Notes: generated from the sequence alone by a model not told the origin. Counted from the first letter of the whole stretch, positions 13,559-24,907 are shown. The stretch: DNA of 56,668 bases, filler included, from Trypethelium eluteriae (GCA_051942245.1; 2 parts of 2 records of this genome joined end to end with filler, not necessarily neighbours in it); one strand, 5' to 3'. Made by a program: numbers and translations.

Positions 13559-13937
13559 TCACATTCCCCCCATGGCACCCATCCCTCCTGCACCACCTCC
13601 AGCCGCCGCCTGACTCTGCATTTTCTCGCTGACTTTGATGTTTACGTCGAAGAACTTGGAGGCGCACCGGTCGAGGCAGACAGACTCGCCCTTGTTCAAT
13701 TCGCCCTCGCGGTAATCGGCAGGGACGCACTTGCGGTGACATGAGTCGGAGAGGCTGGAAAGGAGAAAGGTCAGCATTGGAGTCGAGCATCGCATATGAG
13801 GCAGAGACTTGTCGAGGAGCTCATGGAGAAGGAACTGACCGGTTGAACATATCGGAAACCATCTCGACTTCTGCTTCTGCGGCGGCAATCTTCTCCGCAG
13901 AGGAAGGCTGGGGGCGCTGGCCGAAGAGGAAAGACAT
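13559..13937 (-). CDS. TIM10: Mitochondrial intermembrane-space small Tim chaperone Tim10, 2 exons
   Basis: [79 protein letters not shown], with a twin CX3C motif. Confidence 0.95.
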
Positions 13938-14360
13938 GATGTTTGGGGTTGATTATTCCAGTAGCAGCCTGACTTGCGTTTGAATTTAAAGGTCAAGGGA
14001 GAGTTGGACTATGAAGTCGCGTGCTTATAACTTTAACAAATTCTTGTCGCGAAGCTTTGACATCGGACAGGACTTTTTAGCTACTGTGCTCCGAACCTCC
14101 GCCTTGGAACTCATGGCCAAACAATTCTGCGGTGGTCGCAGCAGTACAAATTTGGTGGATCCAATCAGGTTACAAAAGACCGAGGTAGGTCTTACAATGC
14201 CTCTCTATTTTTCCTTTTAGTTATGAATTGAACCGCAGAACCATTGCGAGTGACGGCCCCGTCAGCGATTGTTTACAATAAGATTCCTTAGCCCAAGCGT
14301 TTATCCTTCGCACTCAGACCTTTTCCAACGGAGGAAAGCCGATGCTAATAATGTAGGATA

Positions 14361-16242
14361 ATGAGCCGTCATGATTTCCTCTTCCTGCGTCTGTACCTGT
14401 CCTTAAACTCCCGGTTCGAACGGTGCTCCTCCTACAAAAACCTTCCCAGTGTCTGGCGCAATAGCTTCAGGCGCCGTAATGGCACCCTTGCTGCCGGTAA
14501 CGCCAAGACTACTGTGACGGGAGACTATCAAAGACGTATGAACAAATTGAGAAATACCCAAGACTTCAGGAAGTTCTACCCTCGACTAGAAAGAGCCCCT
14601 GGTATTCAAAGGAGATCTCCAAAGGATATACGTGCAGATTATTCAAGTTTGGGGAAAGATGAGGCGAATACAGATATTGTTGTCACAGTCGATGGTACGG
14701 CATACAAATCTTACCTCTGCGACTTTGACGCTGAAAGGTCTAGGCAGAATACGTTCTTTCCGGTCTGCTGGCTCCAAGCTAGTCTTCTACGATATCTGCA
14801 ATGGCGAAAGTAGCATTCAGGCTCTATGTAACCTTCGAATCATACAAAATCAACATGATGGGGAACAGGAGCATGTAAAGGCGGAATGGAAAGAGTCCAC
14901 ACAGACCTCGAGAAAGGGTGATTGGATTTGTGAGTTCCACTTCCGTCGAATTCCTTGGAATATTTGTTGATGTCTTCGCAGCTGTTACTGGCTATCCCAG
15001 TCGTACTGCAGCCGGAGAGCTATCAATCACGGCCACAGCCATCCCTCGGATCACGGCAACCTCGCTGCATCAGGTGCCCGATGAGCTTGTAGATTCTGAA
15101 AGGCGCAGCCGAAGTCCGCATGTCAATCTCATTGTGAACAGACAACCGAGGGATACTCTTCGAATGAGGCACCATGTTGAAAAGTTCATGCGAGATTTCC
15201 TGGAGGCCCACGACTTGATACACGTCAGAACCCCAATGCTTTCCACAGGTATTGGGGGAGCAAGTGCACACCCATTTACAACTTTAGCGACTGAATTTCC
15301 AGGGAATGAGCTCAGTCTGAGAATTGCGCCAGAGCTCTTCCTCAAGCGACTCCTCGTTGGGGGAATAGAAGGCGTGTACGAGATGGGTCAGGCGTTCAGG
15401 AATGAAGGTATTATGGAAGATGTCTACTGCTGATTGCAAAACTTAATTCCTGAACAGGCATCGATACAACCCACAATCCCGAGTTTACAATTTGCGAATT
15501 CTACAAACCGTTCGCGACCCTCGATGACCTAATTAAAATGACTGAAAACATGTTCACAGGTCTCACAGAGCATACTGCTGCTCTGAAAAGGGATCAACTA
15601 CAATCCCTCGAGCCACTCGACGTGGATTTCTCCGCACCTTTCAAACGTCTAGAATTCATCCCATCCATCGAATTCGCCATCGGCCGACCACTCCCCAACC
15701 TTAGCGCCCCCAATGCCCAACAAGCCCTCCTCCAACTTTTCCAATCTCTAGGCCTCAAGCTACCGACTTCCCCTTCGCTCCCTCGCCTCCTCGATGCCCT
15801 CTCCTCAACCTACCTCGAGCCCCAATGCACGTCCCCCACCTTTATCACCCACCACCCGGAAGCTCTCTCCCCTCTCTCAAAATCCTTCGTCGACCCGCAG
15901 ACGCACCAGCGTGTTGCGGCTCGCGTCGAACTTTTCATCCAAGGCCGTGAATATGTCAATGCCTATGAGGAGGAGAACTCGCCCTTTGAGCAGCGGCGCA
16001 AGTTTGTGGAGCAGGTGCAGTACCGGAAGCTCAATGACGCGGCGGAAGAAGGGGAAGGGGGCGTGATGGTTGATGAAAGCTATCTTGAGGCTTTAGAGTG
16101 GGGTCTACCGCCCACCGGAGGATGGGGTTGTGGAGTGGATCGGTTGTGTATGCTATTTTCGGGTGCGAGTAGGATCAGCGATGTCTTGAGCTTTGGGACT
16201 TTGAGGAACGTGGTTGCTTTGGCGCAGCCGTGGCGGAGGTGA
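14361..16242 (+). CDS. MSK1: Mitochondrial lysyl-tRNA synthetase (class II), 4 exons
   Basis: Arg-rich presequence; OB-fold GRIRSFRSAGSKLVFYDI, TGYPSRTAAGELS; motif 1 VRTPML..GGASAHPF; LRIAPELFLKRLLVGG; motif 2 FRNEGIDTTHNPEFT; motif 3 GLPPTGGWGCGVDRLCML. Confidence 0.9.
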
Positions 16243-16569
16243 TGGGCACATCTTTCGGAATTCTGACGAAACAGAGGACTGGAAAAGGAGGCAATACGTA
16301 GAGAACAGAAGAACCATGTGTCGAATAGCTTCATTTGACTGTATTCTATCACAAAGATCAGCACCAGTCTTTGTCTTCTATGCAATGCATTCACTATCTA
16401 TCATCTCGCTCATACTGCGGTCTGCAGGCATTACCTCTGATGCCAATCAACTATGTCCTAGCGTATCTAGATCTCTGTCATACTTGTCGACCAAAAGTAA
16501 ACATACTTAGAAGCAAAAGCTTATTCATACTTTGTCTGGTAATGTGTCATTGGAACGGGATTGAGTTGT

Positions 16570-17434
16570 TAATAAGGCGATTTGCGATCTGCCCACGATT
16601 TATGCTCAGGGGCCCCATCTCCAACTACAATTCGCCTTCCGCATTCGTTCATATTGAGTCCCTCACCTTCGGCCAGCTTCTTTACGAGACGCACGTGGAA
16701 GAGAATTTCTCCGTTCACTCGCTGACGCAGGCTCTGCCCGGAATGATAAATGACGAGGAATGCCCTCTACCACACGGAGAGCTTCATGATTATTACGTTC
16801 CGTGCCCCCCGGCGGCTCCCAGGGCATGTTCAAGAAACAAATGGGCCTTGCTATAGGAGCCAAGCACCTGCAATTTCCGCGTGTCAACTGGTCCGCTGAG
16901 AACGCCTGCCTACCGTTTTGTATGGCCCTGTCGGGGATTTCTATCACGATCGCCGGGCAGTGGGAATATGTCAAAAATCTGCCGTGAATTGTGTGTTAGG
17001 ACTATGTGTTCAGGGCTCCGGGCTCGGTCTGAAGCCCCCGAGTCCTTCCTTGGACACTGTATAGCAAAGGCTCACTGCTTCTTGGATTTCCTAAGACGCG
17101 CATGTGGCGAGGACTTTAGGTCCAGAGTGCTTAGCCTGGTGCTCTTGAAAGACCTCCCCATTCGCGTTATGGCAATAACCTTGGTATCTACCTCTTTTTC
17201 CCTATAGATTATGCCGAGGGCGGGGTTATAGGGCAAGCGAGAAGGTGTTCATTTAGCTTCGAGGTGTCGACGTTGGGTGCACTTCGCTGCAGATAGTCGT
17301 GACAGTGTAAGCTCCAGTGGCAGCGAGACTCGGAGCGGAAGGTATGGCTTCGGCGGCAGATCCGAAACTTCAGGGTTCATCGACGGCGATACTTCGGAAG
17401 CTTGGCGCTCATAGATAACACTTAAGCTGTCTCC
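16570..17434 (+). ncRNA. Structured non-coding RNA, candidate telomerase RNA (TER); ends approximate
   Basis: No credible ORF. Manual pairing gives many nested helices whose G-U pairs work only on the + strand: GGGGCCC 16609-15/GGGCTCC 17013-19; ACAATTC 16627-33/GAATTGT 16986-92; GCATTC 16641-46/GAATGC 16758-63; pseudoknot 16906-16985 (U-rich loop TTTTGT, stem GGATTT/AAATCT); terminal arm 17243-17423. The canonical TAACCCTAA template is absent. Confidence 0.55.
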
Positions 17435-17494
17435 GTATGTTGTGAGCTCTATGAACTGAACGCCCGGCTTTAACTGGCGCATGAGGGAACGAAA

Positions 17495-19300
17495 ATGATG
17501 CGTGCTGCGGCAGTTTTCGTTTTCGTATCGCACATTACATTCTCAATTGCAGCAGACTCTCCAAGACCCCGGGGAGTTGGTCCTGATTGTAAGCTTCAGA
17601 CCAATAAAGACTGCCCTCGACTCCTGATTCCAACTTTGAGCTAATTGCCAATTCAGTCGCCAAATTCTACAAAGATCAGACGGACTTCACATGTATATCA
17701 GCACCTCACGTCAAACTTGCCATTTCTCGAATAAATGACGACTTCTGCGATTGCCCTGACGGCTCCGATGAACCTGGCACGTCAGCGTGCTCCCACATTT
17801 CTTCGCTATCACCGCCCTCTACTCCTGGTGATGTTAGCAGCGGGAATGTCAACGCCTCGCTAGCTCTTCCTGGATATTACTGCAAGAATAAGGGTCATCA
17901 ACCAAGCTACCTTCCCTTCACTAATGTCAACGACGGTGTCTGCGATTACGAGCTATGCTGTGATGGCAGCGATGAATGGGCAGGCGTAGGGAAAGTGAAA
18001 TGTGAGGATAAATGCAAGGATATCGGTGCTAAGTGGAGGAAACAGGACGAGATCCGTCAGCGGGCTTTGAGTGCAGCCAACAAAAGGAGGAATGAGCTCG
18101 TTACAGAATCAGCTAGGTTACGGAGAGAAGTGGCAGATCGCATTAAGTCTCTAGGAGAAGAAATCAAGGGCGCAGAACTCAAGGTTCAAGGCTTGGAGGA
18201 AGATCTCGCAGAAATTGAAAGGCAAGAGAGAACCAAAGTTGTCAAGGCCGAGTCAACAGGCGGTAGGCTCGGAGTCTTGACAGGTCTAGCCAAGGCTAGG
18301 ATCGAAGAGTTGAAGGTGAATCTCGTCGCGGTTCGTGGGGAGCGTGACGCTGGTTACGAGCGCGTCAAAAAACTGGAAGACATTCTCGCCGCTTTCAAAG
18401 AAGAGTACAACCCGAATTTCAATGATGAAGGTGTCAAAACGGCCGTGAGGGCTTGGGAAGATTATGCAGCGGCCGGAAGGCTCGGCGAACCAGATACTCA
18501 GATTGAGCAGGATCTGGATGAAATGACCAAATCTGATGAAGAGAACGGTCTGAACTGGGCAGAATACGAAGGCCAACAGGAAGGCGATGTGGACGTCCGT
18601 GAGTATTCAAGAACTGAATAACGTCTGTATCTCAACGCTGATTCCACGAGCAGTGTACAAATTTGAAGAATATTTGCCGGCAGGCCTTCGAGACTGGGTT
18701 GACAAGAAGCTTCGAGATTTACGAGTCATGCTTATTGAAAACGGCATCATAGCTCCAGCAAGCGAACAAGGTGGAGAGTCACAAGCCGTGAAAGATGCCC
18801 GCGAAAGACTGAACCTTGCCAATACCGAGCTCAACGGACAGCGTACCTCGCTCGATCAACACAAGGAAGACCTTGAAAAGGACTATGGTCCTGACGACGT
18901 CTTTCGCGCTCTTAAGGGCCAGTGCATTTCTAAAGACGCGGGCGAGTACACATACGAACTTTGCTGGATGGAGAAGACAGTGCAGAAAAAGAAAAGAGGG
19001 GGTGGGGATACCAACATGGGTAATTTCATGCGGATCGAAAGCATCGAGGTGGATGAAGATGTCGATCAAGATGGCAAAGGTCTAGGGTCAGGCGTACGCA
19101 TGGCGCTCAAGTACGAGAATGGACTGCAGTGCTGGAACGGACCACAGCGTAGTACCACAGTGGTGTTGGCGTGTGCGGCTGAGGATGAGATTTGGAAGAT
19201 TATTGAAGAAGAAAAGTGCGTGTATAGAATGGAGGTGGGAACGGCAGCAGTATGTGAGCCGGCACCCGGCGAAAAGCGGCACGTCAGAGACGAACTGTAA
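17495..19300 (+). CDS. GTB1: Glucosidase II beta subunit (PRKCSH/80K-H homolog), 3 exons
   Basis: Signal peptide MMRAAAVFVF...PRPRGVGPD|F; INDDFCDCPDGSDEPGTSAC; VNDGVCDYELCCDGSDE; MRH domain YTYELCW...YENGLQCWNGPQRST...EEEKCVY; ER retention signal RDEL at the C-terminus. Confidence 0.93.
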
Positions 19301-21202
19301 ATTACACTGTTGAAGATTGATAAAATTATAGGCCAAAAGCGTCTGCGCACAGACTTTTCAAGCCTGTTTTTTGATTTTTTCAAGCAGTGGTACCATCCCA
19401 AAGATTCTGTTGTTGCGGGATCATTAAAAAAAGATGAGTTGGATTGAAACCCCTAGCCTTGGGGAAAAGTCAAGGTTTGTCAAGACTGCATAAGGGTAGG
19501 GTCTCGGTCTCGATTCTACAGGCTCAGAAGCAGTTTCTCAATTTAATAGGCTTTGATCGACCCAGGCATGCTAAAGGTTCCCTCGTTGGTGTCAAGAAAA
19601 GGGTAGCAGTCTGCAGCTGTCACTTCTGATAGGGTCGCTACAAGACACCAATCTCACTGTAGTTGGGGCCGAAATGGTTCTGCGCAAACAGAGAGAACAG
19701 TGTCTGGTCAGCTCGGACGCGTGCTGTCGTCCGGGGTGTACAAAAGGAAGTAGCATCCAATTAGGGGATAGGTGTGAAACAAGATGCGGTGATGTGGTCG
19801 TGCAAGACGGACGCGCCTTGCAGCAGCGTCAAACAGGGCCAGTTGGTGATATCGATAGGGTCCATCAGGTTCCCAGCGAATTTCTAGACGCTTTGGAGAA
19901 GAGGGCAAGTCTAATCAGGCGTTGCCATGTGGGTATGGGTGCGCCACTGGTCAGGACAGGGCGGCGCAGACGGGGAGTGCTCCGAGCATTGGAAGGTTCA
20001 GGGCATGAAACACCCCGCTGGGGTTATCCCTGTCGCTATCCCTGTCGTTTCTGTCAGGTACGCGCCCAAATCCCTGGTCCGTCTGCCTGTCGGAGGCGGC
20101 GGGCAGAAAAAAGTTCGCCGGGCGGTGGTTCAGGAGCCAAGCTTGTGTCTCCATTCTGCATCTCCTCTGCAACCCCAGGAATGCACGTATGCGATTGCAG
20201 CCACAGCGGGGAATATATCTCGTCTTCAACTCTGCTTGATATTTCTGAGCGTGCATGTGTCTATTACGTGGGTGTTGAGCAATCGACTGGTGCTCGTCGC
20301 TTCTTGCCTTAAAGTCGCGCCCTTCACGCGAGTAAGACACGCCAAGGATCCTCCTCAGGCCGCGTCGACGGGCCGGCATTGGGAATCACCCGCTCGACCC
20401 CCTATTCCACGTCGCAAAAAGCATCCAAAGGCCAATGCGTCGAACCTCTCCCCACGCCATCGGCAAAGACTCACACGGCTCCTTCGACTGTCCCGTGCTG
20501 ATCGCATCCCGATCCCAAGGATCGCTTTTCCCTCGTCTTCCCCCTCGCGTGGACGGCGGAAATTAGCACTCGCCCATCGCTCACAATTCGGGCCTCTGCT
20601 GGTTCTTCACGCACTTCGCATTTCTCTAAATCGAACTCGATCGGGCCAAGTTCCCATTGCTTGCCGTGCCCTGTGCACTACTGACATCTGCTTCTCTCAT
20701 CGTTCGGTTCCCATCACATCGTCGCTCTCATCGTCGCTCTTTTACTCTTCTCTTCGAACCCGGCGGTTGCGATAACTGCGTGTCACTCCTTTGGCGAGAA
20801 TCCAGCTCCACTGTGCTCAACTCGAGAGACGGCAATCCACGTCGAAGCTCTTCGTCTGCCCATTCTTTACAGATCAGATTCTTCACTTACTGCGGTTCTG
20901 CCTCGGTACCCTGCACCGGGTTATCCACATTCATTCCAAGTCCTCTGTGAGGCAGGTATCCACCATCACTCCAATACTCTTTCACAGCCACTCTCTACGG
21001 ACTTGATCTCAACGGAATCGCCACCGGCACACTCCAAATTCCGGTCTCCTTCCATGGACTTTGCGCCCCGTCAAATAGTTTAACATAATACCGCTCTTGT
21101 ACATCACGTAAGTTCAGCCTATCACAGAACTGTTAGACATAATACCAAGGCTCATCTCCAATGAAATTATCCTGATTAATTGCTGACCTTTGGCGACAGA
21201 AG

Positions 21203-24200
21203 ATGAATCGGTTTCTCACCAAGCGGAGGGCCAAGGAGAGCCCCACCACTGAAAATTTTCCCCCGGAACTGCATGCTCGATCACTCACACCGACTCTGAC
21301 CAGAAAGGGGAGGAAATGGAAGAAGAACCAACCAGAACCCAAAATCGAGCTCGACTTGTCGACAGCGCTACCTTCCGATGACAATTTCCGTACCAGTCTC
21401 CTCATGAACGGTCTATCAGCTCGGTTCAGCATGCTTCGTGAACAAGATGATCCCAACTCGAAGCTTGGTAAGGCAAGCGATGACAGTGTCCTCCAGCCCA
21501 AGCGTCAGTCGCGCCTACATGAATTTGGCTTCATGGGTAGTAATCTGGCCGATATCGCTGAAGTTTCCTCAATCAACGACTCAATCCGTCCTCCTTTCGC
21601 ACAGCGCCAAGGCTCATTTGCCTCCGGTGAGGGTTACGGTACAGACGATGAATCCACGCACGGTAGTATTATGAGCCGATCGCGCCCTGGAGAAGGCAAC
21701 GTCTTGTTTGGAGGGCGTCAGAAAGTGTACAAGATCCCTGTTGCCTCGACCAATGTGCCGAAACCTTCTAGGCTAAGAGGAAAAGCCGTCTATGAAGACG
21801 ATGTGAGCCTATCAGCTTTCCAGAAGATGCGGCAAAGGGAAAAAGAGCAGCAGCAGGAAGAGGAACTCCAAAGGACGAGTGAAGATATAGAACACATTGA
21901 GGGGGATGGGGAAAAGGATACATCTTACCCGCCATCGATCTCCAGCTTCAGCTACCTCAAGCGACAAACTTCATCGTCGACCGCCTCACAGCCTTCGATC
22001 AAGACACTTTCCACGGCCGCGACTTCTATAGCCTCACAGGGTGCGGGTGCTATACCTCCAAGTGGACCTATCAAATCCAATCAGTCAGCTCATGGTATCG
22101 AGCGCTCTTTGACAAAGTCTAAGCGCCTCTATGACCAAGGCTTGAATGAACATCTTTACGAACAGCAAGCATTTGCTCTGACGAGACTCGACTCAATCCA
22201 GAAGCAACGGAATCCAACGCCAGGGAGACACACGCCACCGTACTTGCCTCAGACAAGAAGTGCCTCAAGTCTTCATGATCGTTTTCATCGTCCTGGCAAT
22301 CAGGCCGGCCAAGCTACGAGCCCACCTCCTTCTGCATCTGCTTACAAGCTTACGACTTTCGGCTCCGCGCGAGAATCCAAATCGCCTGCTGGAAGTCCCG
22401 TCATGGGCTTTCCGAATTCTCCACCTCTCAGTCCACCCCCGATGAGCGACAGCGAAGATACACCCTTGACAATGTCTCTTAATCCAGCTGATCGAGGGAA
22501 AGCAACGGCAATGGGTGCATTCAATAAACCAAGCCAAACGTTTGACGAAGCACAATACCTCGAACGGCAGAGACGAATGCTGCAGGGTCTTGATGCGCCA
22601 TCCTCTGAGCAGACTCTGCGCAGGCAGTACGACGACATTCCAAACGAATCTGCTGCCATCGAGAAAGGTGACAATCGATCGCAGTCATCGCCAAAGGATG
22701 GCCGACCAGAGCCAGGAAGGCCAAGTTCTCCGCCACCCCCAGCAAATCAGCCAGTCCCTGTAGCTGGCCAAGACAATCGAGAAAGCTTAACATTGGATAC
22801 TCAGAGAACGTTCTTTGGTTACATAGGGAGCGATAGTGAGGATGAACCAGTCACGTCGCCCTTGGAAGAACTCTCTACGCCACAGCCGATGGATAGGACC
22901 CTAAGGAGGCCTGCTCCCGTCGATCCCATTGAGCAACACCCGGCGTTCCGTTCAATTGATACGACTGCTCGGGAGCCAGATTGGGACACTGGTATCCAAA
23001 CCTCAGCAGTCTCGGACCCCGTTGCGATTCCCAGAATCGATGAAGAGGAAGTTGCTACAATTGCAGACGAACATACGGCATTAAAGGATCTCGATTCTCC
23101 TACTTTGGGACCAGATGAAGCGGCTTTGAGTGGCCTGGTCCGTCAACATTTACGACAAGGAAGTGGCCAATCATCCATCTGGGGCGAGCGCACTCCCGCT
23201 CCGGTCGTGCCTCCCCTAAACGCGATGCCTCGTATACCACGATCCAGAGGAGTCTCGCGGGCTGGTCCAGAGTCGAGCTACACTCATTCGAATCCTTGGG
23301 ATCTCGACGAAATAGATAGTGCTTATTTTGGCGAAGGAGACAGCCTCACTTCAATCAGTCCGATTAATGGCAGTCGCCGAAGGAAACATTCAGCTGGGTC
23401 AACTGTATCCAAGAACAACGAAACGAGGTCACCAGCGCACCTGGAGGAACAAGATAACGTGCCTTGGCAGGAGGTGCTCAAAAACAAGCATACTAGGGGC
23501 GGCTCCACTGAAACCCAGCAGGAACGCGAGGCTTTCGCCAACGAACTGGCGCAGCGTCAAAAGGCAATCCAAGAGAACATGAGGACAAGAGCTGAAACGG
23601 AAAGTCGGGCACCTAGTCCATTTGGTAGCGAACGTCTTCGGATGTTTGGAATGCTTCGAGCCAAGTCAAGTCGGGAGTCTATTGCGTCCAAAACCGAGCC
23701 CTCTGCAAAGGCCCTCAAGCGCCTTGGTATTTCCGTGAATGATAGCAGTACTGTCTCCTTGACACGAAATAACACGCGCCACAGTGAAGCTAGTGGTTTG
23801 GAAGAGCAGGACGATGCAAGTATCCGTGGAAGACGTATGCCACCGATCAATACGCAGAAGGGTGTAGAGGAGATGCGTCGAAAGTGGGAGGCCCATGCTC
23901 AACGTGCGAATGAGCGCGGTCGCACCGCAAGCCCACAAAGGGCGACAACGTATTCGCAATCCTCCTATGGCCAATCTGTACGGGATCGATCCAACTCGGA
24001 ATTATCATCTGGAAGATCTCGAAGTCGAACAGGCAGGTACCGCGATGATGAAGGTTTAGAGCCTCCCATCGAAGAGCAGGCAGGAAGATCACCAAACCTA
24101 CCACAGCGATTTCCGATTCCTCTAGATCTCAAGCAAAGTCAGGCAGATGCACTAGAGAATCCGACTCCGCCGTCTTCTGCCAAACTTCCCATCATTCACA

Positions 24201-24907
24201 AGGCTAAATCTGGTTATTTTGATGCTCAGAGCCTACGACCACTTCAACCAGTCAGGCCCGGTGATCGCAGTGGTCCATCGTCTGGAGCCAGCAGTCCGTT
24301 GCTCACTACGTCTTCGACACTACGTCAAACCCAACATGGCACATCTCTTCCTCATAGCCCCCCTGATTCAGCATCATCCACGCCTCCGCCGTCAAACCTA
24401 CCAACACCCAATTCCATGGCAGCTCCACCGTTTTCGCGCTCCCAGATGCCGAACCGGAAACGCTCGGTTCAAAAATCCGAAATCTCGGAGCCGGTGCTCA
24501 TCTCTTACACTTCGAATTTTGATACAGTGGATTTACCTCCTGGAGCATCTCTGAAGAACGGACAAGAAGCGTCTTCCGCACCTCCAGTTCCACCAATGAA
24601 TCCGTTGCGCAGACGCACTCAGAAGCTCTTCAATACACTCGGCCGATCCGACTCGGCTCCAGAGGTGCCACATCTGCCGCATCCTGGGACAAACCAAGAC
24701 CCATCACGTGTATCACCTCAGCGTGCCAACACGTTGCCCGATGAGGATGAAAGGTCTTGGTCGAGGCAGAGAAATCGGAAACCGTCAGGCTACCGAAGCA
24801 CAAGGAATCACGGAGTGGGGTCCCCACAACCTCCCAGCCCACCCAACCAATTCAGGCCAGCTATTGCGCAAGCGAACATGCATACACCTGACAACGGGAT
24901 GTTTTAG
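21203..24907 (+). CDS. Large Ser/Pro-rich, largely disordered conserved fungal hypothetical protein (1234 aa)
   Basis: Uninterrupted 3.7 kb ORF with conserved-looking blocks (LPSDDNFRTSLLM..LSARFSMLREQDDPNSKLGKASDDS; GEGNVLFGGRQKVYKI; ADRGKATAMGAFNKP; KSEISEPVLIS..DTVDLP). Likely 5'-UTR intron at about 21108-21199 (GTAAGT...GCTGAC...CAG). Confidence 0.8.
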   Translation: MNRFLTKRRAKESPTTENFPPELHARSLTPTLTRKGRKWKKNQPEPKIELDLSTALPSDDNFRTSLLMNGLSARFSMLREQDDPNSKLGKASDDSVLQPKRQSRLHEFGFMGSNLADIAEVSSINDSIRPPFAQRQGSFASGEGYGTDDESTHGSIMSRSRPGEGNVLFGGRQKVYKIPVASTNVPKPSRLRGKAVYEDDVSLSAFQKMRQREKEQQQEEELQRTSEDIEHIEGDGEKDTSYPPSISSFSYLKRQTSSSTASQPSIKTLSTAATSIASQGAGAIPPSGPIKSNQSAHGIERSLTKSKRLYDQGLNEHLYEQQAFALTRLDSIQKQRNPTPGRHTPPYLPQTRSASSLHDRFHRPGNQAGQATSPPPSASAYKLTTFGSARESKSPAGSPVMGFPNSPPLSPPPMSDSEDTPLTMSLNPADRGKATAMGAFNKPSQTFDEAQYLERQRRMLQGLDAPSSEQTLRRQYDDIPNESAAIEKGDNRSQSSPKDGRPEPGRPSSPPPPANQPVPVAGQDNRESLTLDTQRTFFGYIGSDSEDEPVTSPLEELSTPQPMDRTLRRPAPVDPIEQHPAFRSIDTTAREPDWDTGIQTSAVSDPVAIPRIDEEEVATIADEHTALKDLDSPTLGPDEAALSGLVRQHLRQGSGQSSIWGERTPAPVVPPLNAMPRIPRSRGVSRAGPESSYTHSNPWDLDEIDSAYFGEGDSLTSISPINGSRRRKHSAGSTVSKNNETRSPAHLEEQDNVPWQEVLKNKHTRGGSTETQQEREAFANELAQRQKAIQENMRTRAETESRAPSPFGSERLRMFGMLRAKSSRESIASKTEPSAKALKRLGISVNDSSTVSLTRNNTRHSEASGLEEQDDASIRGRRMPPINTQKGVEEMRRKWEAHAQRANERGRTASPQRATTYSQSSYGQSVRDRSNSELSSGRSRSRTGRYRDDEGLEPPIEEQAGRSPNLPQRFPIPLDLKQSQADALENPTPPSSAKLPIIHKAKSGYFDAQSLRPLQPVRPGDRSGPSSGASSPLLTTSSTLRQTQHGTSLPHSPPDSASSTPPPSNLPTPNSMAAPPFSRSQMPNRKRSVQKSEISEPVLISYTSNFDTVDLPPGASLKNGQEASSAPPVPPMNPLRRRTQKLFNTLGRSDSAPEVPHLPHPGTNQDPSRVSPQRANTLPDEDERSWSRQRNRKPSGYRSTRNHGVGSPQPPSPPNQFRPAIAQANMHTPDNGMF

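Noticed and set aside
17215..17235. Minus-strand telomerase template CCCTATAACCCC
   Set aside because: G-U pairing and pseudoknot polarity point to a + strand RNA, and TATAGGG is paired with CCCTATA at 17200-17206.
16335..17533. Short ORFs in the LysRS-GTB1 interval (for example 16335-16856, 16881-17207, 17249-17533)
   Set aside because: Mostly non-ATG starts, no motifs and atypical composition. The interval is better explained as structured RNA.
19674..20775. 212-aa and 282-aa ORFs
   Set aside because: Arg/Cys/Ser-rich with no motifs; they overlap the likely promoter and leader of the 21203 gene.
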